Source: Octopus bimaculoides (taxonomy: Eukaryota). From it: a stretch of 32,836 bases of DNA. The first letter of the stretch is position 1; each line of letters begins with the position of its first letter. Below the pieces are notes generated by a model, which was given only the letters and a program-made list of their open reading frames with translations, did not search any database and was not told the DNA's origin. Shown here in pieces: positions 1 to 10,977 of this stretch. Location: the NCBI RefSeq assembly GCF_001194135.2, contig NC_068986.1, positions 101,526,183 through 101,559,018 on the forward strand, read 5' to 3'. Position numbers and translations under genes: made by a program.

Positions 1-88
<88 letters not shown>
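1..88. repeat. (TTA)n/(TAA)n microsatellite, retroelement tail or target
   Basis: Perfect trinucleotide run; a second run lies at 729-770. Confidence 0.98.
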
Positions 89-554
89 GTCTTTGTACAT
101 CTAATGCTGGAGATGCATTACAGTGTCAGCTGTTCACTACCAGTGAATTAAGATAACACCTCTTATCTTTCGAGCTCCTTCCGGAGAATTCGAGTGGTCC
201 CAAACAGTGCTGTTTTCTGCAAGTGCTCCACCCTTTTGGCAGCCCTTATTTGTTCCCCGCACTTCTCGAGATTTTTGCCCACTGTTCCCAGGGCTCCGAC
301 AATTTTGGTACTACTGCTACTTTTTTCATCGACCACAACTGGTTAACTTCCCAACCTAACCTCTCATATCTCTCGATATTTTGTTTTTTCATATCGCATA
401 CCTTGTGGTCGGCTGAGCATGCTATATCTCTGATCCAGCATAGTTTATTTTCTTTCTCAATTAAGACTATGGCCAGCTTCTTATTCTCTATCTCATGGTC
501 GCACGGCATTATAAAATCCCATAGGACCTTTGCATTTCCATTATCAACGATGCC

Positions 555-728
555 TTCAGGTTTGTGTTTGTGGTCGTACCATGTTTTTCTGCTGCTTTCA
601 GGTTTGTGGTCGTAACAATGTTTTGCTCTGTTGCTTTAAGTGTTGTAGTGGTACCAATTCTTTGCTCTGTTCCTTTCAGGTTTGTAGTTGTAGCAATGTT
701 TTACTCGGTTCGTACCAATTTTTTGCTG

Positions 729-730
<2 letters not shown>
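555..730 (-). repeat. About 4.5 imperfect 39-bp tandem repeats at the 5' junction of the first retroelement
   Basis: Units start on the + strand at 555, 597, 636 and 675 (TTCAGGTTTGTGGTCGTAACAATGTTTTGCTCTGTTGCT-like). Each encodes a RAKNWYDHKPE-like 13-codon piece on the minus strand. Confidence 0.85.
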
Positions 731-770
<40 letters not shown>

Positions 771-1965
771 TCTTTTTATCAAAGTTTTCGTTAGAACTCC
801 TGGAGACGTGGACGCGGAACACGCTTGCTACTTGCAGCCATTGGTATCATGCTATCAATTTTGTTCAACTATCTACTACTTTCTTGATTATTCTGGCCGC
901 GTTAAGGAGGCAAATATTTTTCCACATTTTTTATCTATTACAATTTCTTTTATATTTCTCTTGATGCCTTCTGATACTGTCCCTAAAGACCCAACAATAA
1001 TTGGCATTCTCGTGAGGTCTTTCTGCTTTTCCATAGCCGGTCTATTTCGTACATTAGGAGGTTGTATTTATCTATTTTTTCGCCATCCTACGTGATTATT
1101 CGTGCGTCAAAGGGACGCTAACATCAACTATATAGAATATGTGGTGCCTCTATGTCCGGTCTGTTAAAGACATTTGAAATAATAGGTTTTTTTTTAGGAT
1201 ATGTGTAGTACATCTCAAACCAATCTTTTGTATTTCCTTTAGGCATGTTTATCCTGGAATGTTTTCTAGATGTTTCAGCCATCTTTTTTTTTATCATATC
1301 TAAGGCACCTACAAAGGAGGAACAACTTTTGCTTTAAGGTGCCTCACATTGTGCATTGTAAATTTCTGTTTCTTATATTTCAAAGTTTATCAAATTCCTT
1401 TACCGATACACATCTATCAGTGAAAACAAGAATATACTTTATCGATACGTATTTTGTTGCCTGTCATTAATAATTATGTCTTCCGATCGTCCATGTAAAG
1501 AAGTTGAATTATTATATCAAGAATTTTATACCCGTAACTGGTGTTCTTCAATGTGTGTGTGAGTCGGATCAATGCAATGGAAAAAAAGTAGTGGAAAGAG
1601 GAATTCACTTTGAAAGATTTTTCGGTTGAAGTTCATACTGCTGGATTGGCTCACTTCCTTACAATCGTTTACAAAGAGACTTGGGTGCCATTTGGTCTTC
1701 ATATTTTATAAGAATTTGGAAGCGACAGGAGAGACTTTGTATATCTCAAGTGCCTTGCGAATGCATTTATGTGGGACGCTATGAAACGCTTTCCAGTAGT
1801 CTAGCCACGCCATAAAAGTTTATTGTTATTGCTCCGGCAATTCTCGAAAATAATTCTATTTCTGAGCAATTGGTTTTTGCACCAATAAGAATCTCTTTTG
1901 CAACCTTTTTGAACTTGTGGAAGGATAGAGTTCTGCTGAATGAAGACATCTTTTTACTCAGTTAA
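771..1965 (-). mobile_element. Second, internally deleted R4/Dong-like retrotransposon (RT and RLE remnants, different subfamily)
   Basis: RT motifs QKGCKRDSYWCKNQLL, AWLDYWKAFHSVPH (about 1769-1813), a degenerate IFQ-SEFLFPLLF, and LYMDD (YMDD at 1486-1497). RLE motifs NRPDI (RPDI at 1151-1162), YIVDVSVP, PIIVGSLGTVS and AARIIKKVVDS* (stop at 865-867). The (TAA)n tail is at 729-770. Many stops and frameshifts. Confidence 0.85.
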
Positions 1966-1984
1966 TATGAACGTGAGGATCTTG

Positions 1985-2300
1985 TAAGGGGTGGAAGGGA
2001 TCTGTAAATTGCGTTAGTAAAGACCCCAGGGCACTTATAACAACTGTGATTACTCATGTAGAAACACAATTGTTGTATTTCCGTAGCCAAATCCTCATGT
2101 TTTCCTATTCTTTTTCCTTTTCTTCACTTACCCCACTCTTGTCATTAATGGCAATATTTCGTCACCTGGCATGAATTTCGTGACCAGTTTGTACATTAAA
2201 GTCCCATAAAATCTTGTATTGGGATTTCTTTCTTGTTGATGTTCTTACAATTTTCTTCCTCCTGCAAATCATACTTGGCGTAAATAATAATATCATCTTT
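1985..2300 (-). mobile_element. Third R4/Dong-like RLE fragment
   Basis: Minus-strand translation gives KILWDFNVQTGHEIHAR*RNIAIND (about 2165-2216), then EEKEKE*EKHEDLATEIQQL and VISALGSL, homologous to the same RLE region of the two neighbouring elements. Confidence 0.7.
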
Positions 2301-4334
2301 CTCAGTGATATCTATCCGTTAACTCTGATACATAGATTACTATTTTAATTTGATATTGTTTAAATCATGTTCACCACTTTCTTTTTTTTTTCTTTTTATA
2401 AAACAAATAATTAAATTACAAACCAAATACATTCTAAAGCGTCGATCAAGTCAATGAAAGAATTTACAGGTTTTCTGGTAGTTCGTTTTGTGACTTCGTT
2501 CTTAAGCAAAACTCTGTTAGTATCCGTGGGATTTGACAGAGGTTATTTGATACAGAACAAATAACACACGGCCTTCTATCCGATGATTTATTGCATCTAT
2601 GCTTGAACATATTCAAGATAAAAAATACTTATATTAGCTTGTATTGAGTCGGTGAGGACAGTAATCCCTATGATGAACAACACACCTTTTTTTTTTTTCG
2701 CTGATTATGCTTACGAAGTGACATAATTGTTTAATGCTAGGTGATAATGTATAAAATACCTTGCCAACGTACTGGACCCAATTGGCCTTTAGTATTTGAA
2801 GGGATATACATTGACCAACGCTGAGAGAAGTTGGAACGAGATGCAGAGTCTCAAGAAACGACCAGCCATGATTGGACACAATTCTTTTTAGATATTTCGA
2901 GAATTCAAAAGGTGATGCCCATGACATTTCATTCATCGTTTTCTCGATTAACACTGCATTTTCATTCAAAAACATGCGATATTCGTGCACAAGCATGGAT
3001 AATGCTAATCTTTTTATCCAAATTGCACAGTTGAGATACATTATAATTTTAAATATGAAAACCTGGTTGCTGCTGTGTTGCGTAACAGTGAAGATATAGA
3101 AATAAATTAGCAATTGCTGGAAAGGACTCACCATTATAGAACACTTTGAAAATGGCTCTCTACAGGGTAAAATTGTGACATCGATGGTGGTGACTGTCCT
3201 TCAGTATCAGTATTATGCACAGATTGCCTTCGTACACATTCTTTTTCAAGTAGTATCCCCAGAGTATCATCAATGTTGATAGTACTGTCAAATAATATCG
3301 GTTCAATCAAGCGTATCACTGAAAAGCACAGCAAACAAGTTTTTTTTTTTCATTTCGGAGTGGCTGCCTATACACGAAGGGAAAACCCTCCACAACACAG
3401 CATTATGTGTTTTCTGAATTTAAGTGACCGGAGATATGAAACCATACCTCAATACTCATTATGTACTTGAATGGCTGCTTCTCCTCATTGCCAGTAATTT
3501 ACTGGGTTTTTTTTTTTTGCCATCCAATTTTAATTGCTGTGTATATGGGAAATGATATGGCTTCAAATTTAGACTTTTCAACACCCGTCGGAATGATGTG
3601 AGCATTTTGTGCCAATTTATGCGTTGACTTCTTTGGATTTCGTGCAATCCTTTAGTGAATGTCTTGAATAAATTTCAGCCTTTGAACTGGAAGGTATCAT
3701 AGGATCGTTTTGCACTAACTCCGTAGCATGTCGCAAACAATAACATATATATTTATTCTTAGTAAACTCTGACTGGTTTGAACGTCAATATCTGATCACT
3801 ATTGAATTCTGTCACCGACAGACACCACACTTTCAACGATGTATGTTCATAATACACACGATTATTTTCATGAAAGAGAAAAATATTCTGACACCTGCAC
3901 GCATAAACCCATCATTTCTTTGCTGATTTCTCCCACACGAGCGTGCAAATTATGGATCATACACACGCGCACGCACACACGCACACACGCACACACTCAT
4001 ACACGAATACACACCCACGCATGCATACACATGTACATATAGGTACCTACCTACATAATACATATATACATACATATATATATATANNNNNNNNNNNNNN
4101 NNNNNNNNNNNNNNNNNNNNNNNNNNNNNNNNNNNNNNNNNNNNNNNNNNNNNNNNNNNNNNNNNNNNNNNNNNNNNNNNNNNNNNNNNNNNNNNNNNNN
4201 NNNNNNNNNNNNNNNNNNNNNNNNNNNNNNNNNNNNNNNNNNNNNNNNNNNNNNNNNNNNNNNNNNNNNNNNNNNNNNNNNNNNNNNNNNNNNNNNNNNN
4301 NNNNNNNNNNNNNNNNNNNNNNNNNNNNNNNNNC

Positions 4335-4691
4335 CTTAAAGGGTGCTAGTCGAAGAAATCGATCCCAGGACTTATTCTTTGTAAGCCTAGTACTTCTATC
4401 GCTTTCTTTCGCCGAAACGCTAAGTTACTGGGACATAAGCACATCAGCATTGATTTTCAAGCGATGGCTGGGGCGGAGGAAAGGCAAACACAGACACCAC
4501 ACATACAAACATATGCATATATATATACATATTCAGCGGGCTTCTTTCAGTTTCCGTCTACCAAATCCACTCAGAAAGCTTTGGACGGACCGAGGCTGTA
4601 GTAGATGACACTTGCCCCAAATGCCACACATTGAAACTGGAACCAAGTGGTTAGGAAACAAGCGTGTTACCACATAGCTACGCCTGCGCCT
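4335..4691 (-). mobile_element. Near full-length tRNA-derived SINE with an internal (CA)/(TA) microsatellite
   Basis: The minus-strand head AGGCGCAGGCGTAGCTATGTGGTAA... has an A-box-like motif. The body (CTTCTTTCAGTTTCC-TCTAC-AAATCCAC; CTTATTCTTTGTAAGCCTAGTACTT) recurs at 31274-31436, 32612-32778 and, more degraded, at 28325-28490. Confidence 0.85.
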
Positions 4692-4693
4692 AA

Positions 4694-4776
4694 GGTCACT
4701 CATCTAAGTACACACTAAGCTCGACGTTGCTTAACGTCGGTGATCGGTAGAGAACCGGTGCATACGTCGTCATATG
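4694..4776 (-). pseudogene. 5S rRNA-derived fragment (roughly nt 10-93 of 5S) retaining internal Pol III promoter elements
   Basis: The minus strand reads CATATGACGACGTATGCACCGGTTCTCTACCGATCACCGACGTTAAGCAACGTCGAGCTTAGTGTGTACTTAGATGAGTGACC. This aligns by eye with invertebrate 5S rRNA (CCGGTTCTCGTCCGATCACCGAAGTTAAGCA-CGTCG...GTACTT-GATGGGTGACC). Both termini are missing, so it is not a functional rRNA gene. Confidence 0.85.
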
Positions 4777-5677
4777 TATATGCATTTATGCATATGTATA
4801 TGATATGTAAATCTATGTTGACCAACTCACGCACGACCTAAATATGTCACGTTGTCCAAATTGTCGAATATTCCCCCATCAGAAGTTTGAAGCGCATAAA
4901 CTGCCATTTGATAGATGTTCTATACAAAGTAAGCACTTAGAGTCCCCAAAGATTCAATGCAATTGTAATTATGTCAGTGTTTTCAGGCAAAATGCCACAT
5001 TTATTATTCCACTTCTAGTTTACGTTAATATTCGAAATATCTGTGGAACAAATTCCAATTTTCCGAAGCATTGAAATGCACCTGAGCACCTTATTCTATA
5101 AGCTCATTGATACTGTTATATTCGGCCAGTTATAATTCAAAGTATACCTATTTCTGTAATGAAATAACTAAAAGTCATAACAATAAAAATCGCCAGATGA
5201 TATCTTTAGATGCATAGTTGAAGTATAGAAGCTATCTATATGCAGGTGTATAAATATTATTATTGTTTTTTTCTTGCAAAGAGTATAGAAAGTAAAACTG
5301 TAGTAATTACAGAAGCATATATAATGCACGAAGATATAACACAGACTTCGGTTGTGAACATATGCTACTTTCCTTCTCTTCATTCATTAAATCAGTATAT
5401 TACAATCTATATAATCTACAAAATGGTAAACGAAAAATCAATATTAAAAGCTCGAAATCTGATGAAATATGAATAACAAATATGAATAACAATAACGTAG
5501 AAGAGAGAGAAAAAATATAATCAAAGATTAATTTGTAACTATATTCAGAATTTCACTCAGGGCAGTGTTAAGCATGATTTCTGTTCTATGTGTGAGTTCA
5601 GTGCTTGTTTTGCTGTTCGAATTGTTTTTATTTCTGTTTTATACAAAAGTGTTGGCACGTTGGAACAATATACATAC

Positions 5678-5714
<37 letters not shown>

Positions 5715-6377
5715 NNNNNNNNNNNNNNNNNNNNNNNNNNNNNNNNNNNNNNNNNNNNNNNNNNNNNNNNNNNNNNNNNNNNNNNNNNNNNNNNNNNNNN
5801 NNNNNNNNNNNNNNNNNNNNNNNNNNNNNNNNNNNNNNNNNNNNNNNNNNNNNNNNNNNNNNNNNNNNNNNNNNNNNNNNNNNNNNNNNNNNNNNNNNNN
5901 NNNNNNNNNNNNNNNNNNNNNNNNNNNNNNNNNNNNNNNNNNNNNNNNNNNNNNNNNNNNNNNNNNNNNNNNNNNNNNNNNNNNNNNNNNNNNNNNNNNN
6001 NNNNNNNNNNNNNNNNNNNNNNNNNNNNNNNNNNNNNNNNNNNNNNNNNNNNNNNNNNNNNNNNNNNNNNNNNNNNNNNNNNNNNNNNNNNNNNNNNNNN
6101 NNNNNNNNNNNNNNNNNNNNNNNNNNNNNNNNNNNNNNNNNNNNNNNNNNNNNNNNNNNNNNNNNNNNNNNNNNNNNNNNNNNNNNNNNNNNNNNNNNNN
6201 NNNNNNNNNNNNNNNNNNNNNNNNNNNNNNNNNNNNNNNNNNNNNNNNNNNNNNNNNNNNNNNNNNNNNNNNNNNNNNNNNNNNNNNNNNNNNNNNNNNN
6301 NNNNNNNNNNNNNNNNNNNNNNNNNNNNNNNNNNNNNNNNNNNNNNNNNNNNNNNNNNNNNNNNNNNNNNNNNNNNN

Positions 6378-6442
<65 letters not shown>

Positions 6443-6504
6443 GTGTGTGAGTGCGTGTGTATGTGTGTGTGTAACGAGAGAAAGCGCGGAGAGAAATCCA
6501 TATT

Positions 6505-6557
6505 TGTATTTATAATAATAATGATAATAATAATAACAATAATAGTAATAATAATAG

Positions 6558-6603
<46 letters not shown>

Positions 6604-6646
6604 TATAATAATAGTAATAATAGTAATAATAATAGTAGTAGTAGTA

Positions 6647-6704
<58 letters not shown>

Positions 6705-6782
6705 TGATGATGATGATATGGGTTGTTATCATTATTACTATTACTACTAGCATTATTGTAATTCTCATTATTATTATCATTA
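6505..6782. repeat. Degenerate (AAT)n array followed by an inverted (ATT)n segment
   Basis: Direct reading: AAT/AGT/GAT triplets to about 6718, then ATT/ACT triplets to about 6782. Confidence 0.9.
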
Positions 6783-7156
6783 TATGTATAAACTTCTAAA
6801 ATAAACATTACATAAATAAATGAATAAGTGAACTGGTTGGTTAATTTTTAACATTTATTTAAAAGGAGGTGTTTGTTTACTTTCGCTGCAAATAAAACTA
6901 TGCGATAACCGAAAGAGTGCACTTCAAAAATATCTCGAGGCATTGGAGTGACAGAAACAATACTGTGCCTGTGTAAAGTTATCACAGAACATCATTTCCG
7001 TTAACTGATTTCTCAGTTCATTTCGCGTTCTGATGTTCATTCTTCATAGCTGTATAAATTCATATTCTAAATATGACTACCTCCTTCCTATCAGTGTAAC
7101 TTGCTGCAAAACAACTGCGTTCACACACACACACGCACACACACAGAGGCACGCAC

Positions 7157-7225
<69 letters not shown>

Positions 7226-9455
7226 NNNNNNNNNNNNNNNNNNNNNNNNNNNNNNNNNNNNNNNNNNNNNNNNNNNNNNNNNNNNNNNNNNNNNNNNNNN
7301 NNNNNNNNNNNNNNNNNNNNNNNNNNNNNNNNNNNNNNNNNNNNNNNNNNNNNNNNNNNNNNNNNNNNNNNNNNNNNNNNNNNNNNNNNNNNNNNNNNNN
7401 NNNNNNNNNNNNNNNNNNNNNNNNNNNNNNNNNNNNNNNNNNNNNNNNNNNNNNNNNNNNNNNNNNNNNNNNNNNNNNNNNNNNNNNNNNNNNNNNNNNN
7501 NNNNNNATATATATATATATGTATGTATGTATGTATGTATACAATACATATATCGATACACATATATATGTATTTATATGTATATATATATATATATACA
7601 TATATATGTGTAAATACATAATCTAATTACAGATATCAGAAAAGTGTTCTTGTTCTGCATATCTCTGAGAAGACCTCATCTGGATACCCTTCCTGTGTTA
7701 ATGCGGTGTCGAGGAAAGTCTGTATTACGAATCTCGTGCTCTGTTCCGGTTAGATCTTGTGAATTACATATTCGAACATGTAATTTTCACTTATATTGTA
7801 ACCAGATGTATTCTTCAGATACTTGCATTTCTATTGCGCCAATGCTACTCATGTTAATATAATAGCTCTTATCTTGAATCTCTCATACTGCAACGGATGC
7901 CAACACGCACAGTCACAACATTTACTACGCACTCCAACATATCACAGCCAACTATCTCAAACACCAACTAGGAGTATTGTACATGGAAATACAGTTGCAC
8001 TTACACATGTTCCCCTACACTGCAGTTATCATCAGTAGGTGAACGTAACTATGACACTTGCAGTCAGAGGCTTGACATATTAATGAACTTTGAACTACAG
8101 TCCGATAACAGGCTGTTATCACATCCTACACGTAAGAGCAGACTATATAATTCAAAATGCTCAGAGTAATTAGGAGTTTCTGATACTAATGCTGGTTGCG
8201 TTAACTCATAGTAACCTCCGACTTTCAAATCCGCATCTACATCATTTTATAGCTAACGTCACTGAAATACCTCACAGCAAAGAAGGATGATACATTCGGC
8301 AATAATTTTGCTCAAAGGACAGTTGCATTCAATGGGAAAAATGCTGACCCTCAAAAATCGGAGCTGTTATTATCATACTGTCCTCCCTACCACAAGGGGC
8401 TTCCATTGAATGCATTTGAGTTGTAAATATAGTTAAAACACATGATGTAAACTGACCAAGGCAAACATGTTTCAGTTCAATTTTCTTCATTCTGACGCCG
8501 AACATCTCATGACGTGAAGATAGTGTATAGCACATATCTTTAAGCATATGGAACTGAGACCAAGTGTTACTGAATAAACATATATCTGTAAAACTATGTT
8601 GAGTTTTACATATCTGTGTTCATTAACTCATATAAACACTCACACATACACACATATGCACGTACATAAATACACACACACATAACTCGTATGTATACAA
8701 CTCGTCGGGTTAGTAGAGTAAACAAACGAGAGCGAAAACACTTAGCATATTTAGTAGATGTTTTTTTTCTTTATATAATTCTTTGATTCGGCTCCATGCG
8801 ACTTAAAACTCTTACGAAACGTCACATGACACCGAATCATCCTATTTTAAATAACCCTTCTTTCTTTCCCTATCTCGTTCTCTTTCCTTATCTGTGTGTA
8901 TATATATATATATNNNNNNNNNNNNNNNNNNNNNNNNNNNNNNNNNNNNNNNNNNNNNNNNNNNNNNNNNNNNNNNNNNNNNNNNNNNNNNNNNNNNNNN
9001 NNNNNNNNNNNNNNNNNNNNNNNNNNNNNNNNNNNNNNNNNNNNNNNNNNNNNNNNNNNNNNNNNNNNNNNNNNNNNNNNNNNNNNNNNNNNNNNNNNNN
9101 NNNNNNNNNNNNNNNNNNNNNNNNNNNNNNNNNNNNNNNNNNNNNNNNNNNNNNNNNNNNNNNNNNNNNNNNNNNNNNNNNNNNNNNNNNNNNNNNNNNN
9201 NNNNNNNNNNNNNNNNNNNNNNNNNNNNNNNNNNNNNNNNNNNNNNNNNNNNNNNNNNNNNNNNNNNNNNNNNNNNNNNNNNNNNNNNNNNNNNNNNNNN
9301 NNNNNNNNNNNNNNNNNNNNNNNNNNNNNNNNNNNNNNNNNNNNNNNNNNNNNNNNNNNNNNNNNNNNNNNNNNNNNNNNNNNNNNNNNNNNNNNNNNNN
9401 NNNNNNNNNNNNNNNNNNNNNNNNNNNNNNNNNNNNNNNNNNNNNNNNNNNNNNN

Positions 9456-9505
<50 letters not shown>

Positions 9506-10938
9506 TCACATGCATACGCATATATATATATATATATATACACATGTTCACATATATATGCATATATATACATATACATATATGTATGCATACACACACA
9601 TATGTATTCACATACATACATGTAAATATATGTGTATGTATATATATAACTTCTATTATAATCCTATTAGAAGTTATGTTAGCCTCATGAATTTCCATTT
9701 TCTTCTTCCTATATATATATATATATTTGCAGAATACATTAGCTGTTTGAGAACAAAATTTAATGGAAGGAGATATGTTTATTGGAAAAACCAATACATG
9801 TTCATAGAATTAGGTGTATACATTGTAGCACACACACATAGGAAAAACTCTATTCAATGTAACCGCCATCAGCTTTCATTATTGCCTCCCTATAGCTTCA
9901 GAAACAATTAAATGCGATAATCAGGTTATTGTTATTCTTGTTAGACATAATACCTCCAAAAGCAGAGAATCAAGAAATTATTTGTACTGTAAGCATACCG
10001 TTTGCCTTTCCTCTCAACGATGCTCCAAACGTATTAGGGCAAGGGTCAAGCGATCTAATACCAGGGGTTATGATTTGGAGACGAACTTTTTCGGACAGAA
10101 TTTCCTGTTTCCTGCTGACTTTGAAACAGCAGGCACTCTCTTGACCGAAGATATTAGGTTTTCACTTGCCAAGTCCTTGCGTAGAAATTTGAGAAATCAT
10201 GACATCTTCTTTATTACTCGTGACCCCAGGACCATGATAGACTTGCGAATTTGATGTGCTTATTAGTGGCAACTACTGTATGGGTAGATGAGAGCATTCT
10301 TTTTATTCCCCCTGTTCACTTATCGACTTCGAAAAATGTTTTTGCTATCTGAAAGGTGGATGCCTCATCTGCTTAAGTTTGTTAAACAAGATCATACTAT
10401 GCTCTCGAATCATAGTAGGCATGAACGCCTCTCTTCCCCTAATATAGGATCTGCTTTTGATGTCTTCCTGCACAACCCCTCTAAAAGTTGGTCCTGACAT
10501 ATTGAGAGGATTTACAATGGCTTTCATTTTTTTGCCATAATTCTCTTGAGATATCCTGGACTTGTACAGACTCAGCATTTCTGGCAATGTTTGACTGTTG
10601 AGATTATTTCCATTATTTCAGTGCCAACATACAAGCTTCGTATTTAACACTGACAATCAAAAGACAAACCATCTCCTTCACTACGTCACTAACGAATCAC
10701 AGTGATTTTTGAGACTGCGATCTTTATATTTATCGCTTGTTTAAGATAAGAAAATAACTTCAGACATTCTTTGTGAATGTGCCTTCCGCAGTCAAAGGAA
10801 CAAAGCATTCTCAACGGTAAGATATTAGTCAATCTTGTGCCGTTTATGGTTCAGAATATTTTGTTCACATAGTAGCTGACACTGTATGCATACACACACA
10901 CATGTACACACGCACGCATACATGCACACGCATATATG

Positions 10939-10977
<39 letters not shown>

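Larger units (their letters stand above)
1..730 (-). mobile_element. 5'-truncated R4/Dong-clade non-LTR retrotransposon (restriction-like endonuclease end, 3' UTR and (TAA)n tail)
   Basis: Minus-strand translation with frameshifts gives WYDHKHKPEGIVDNGNAKVLWDF...IVLIEKENKLCWIRDIAC...PIIVGALGTV...VEHLQKTALFGTTRILRKELER* (stop at 163-165), typical of RLE-clade C-termini. This is followed by a short UTR and (TAA)n at 1-88. Confidence 0.85.

Noticed and set aside
555-730. CRISPR-like array
   Set aside because: The units are contiguous with no unique spacers, derive from retroelement coding sequence, and sit in a eukaryotic context with no cas genes.
223-1095. Plus-strand ORFs 223-615, 530-964, 564-794 and 808-1095
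   Set aside because: They are antisense to recognisable minus-strand retroelement sequence and run through TAA repeats.
4694-4776. Functional 5S rRNA gene
   Set aside because: About 9 nt at the 5' end and about 27 nt at the 3' end are missing, and there is no oligo-T terminator or tandem array.
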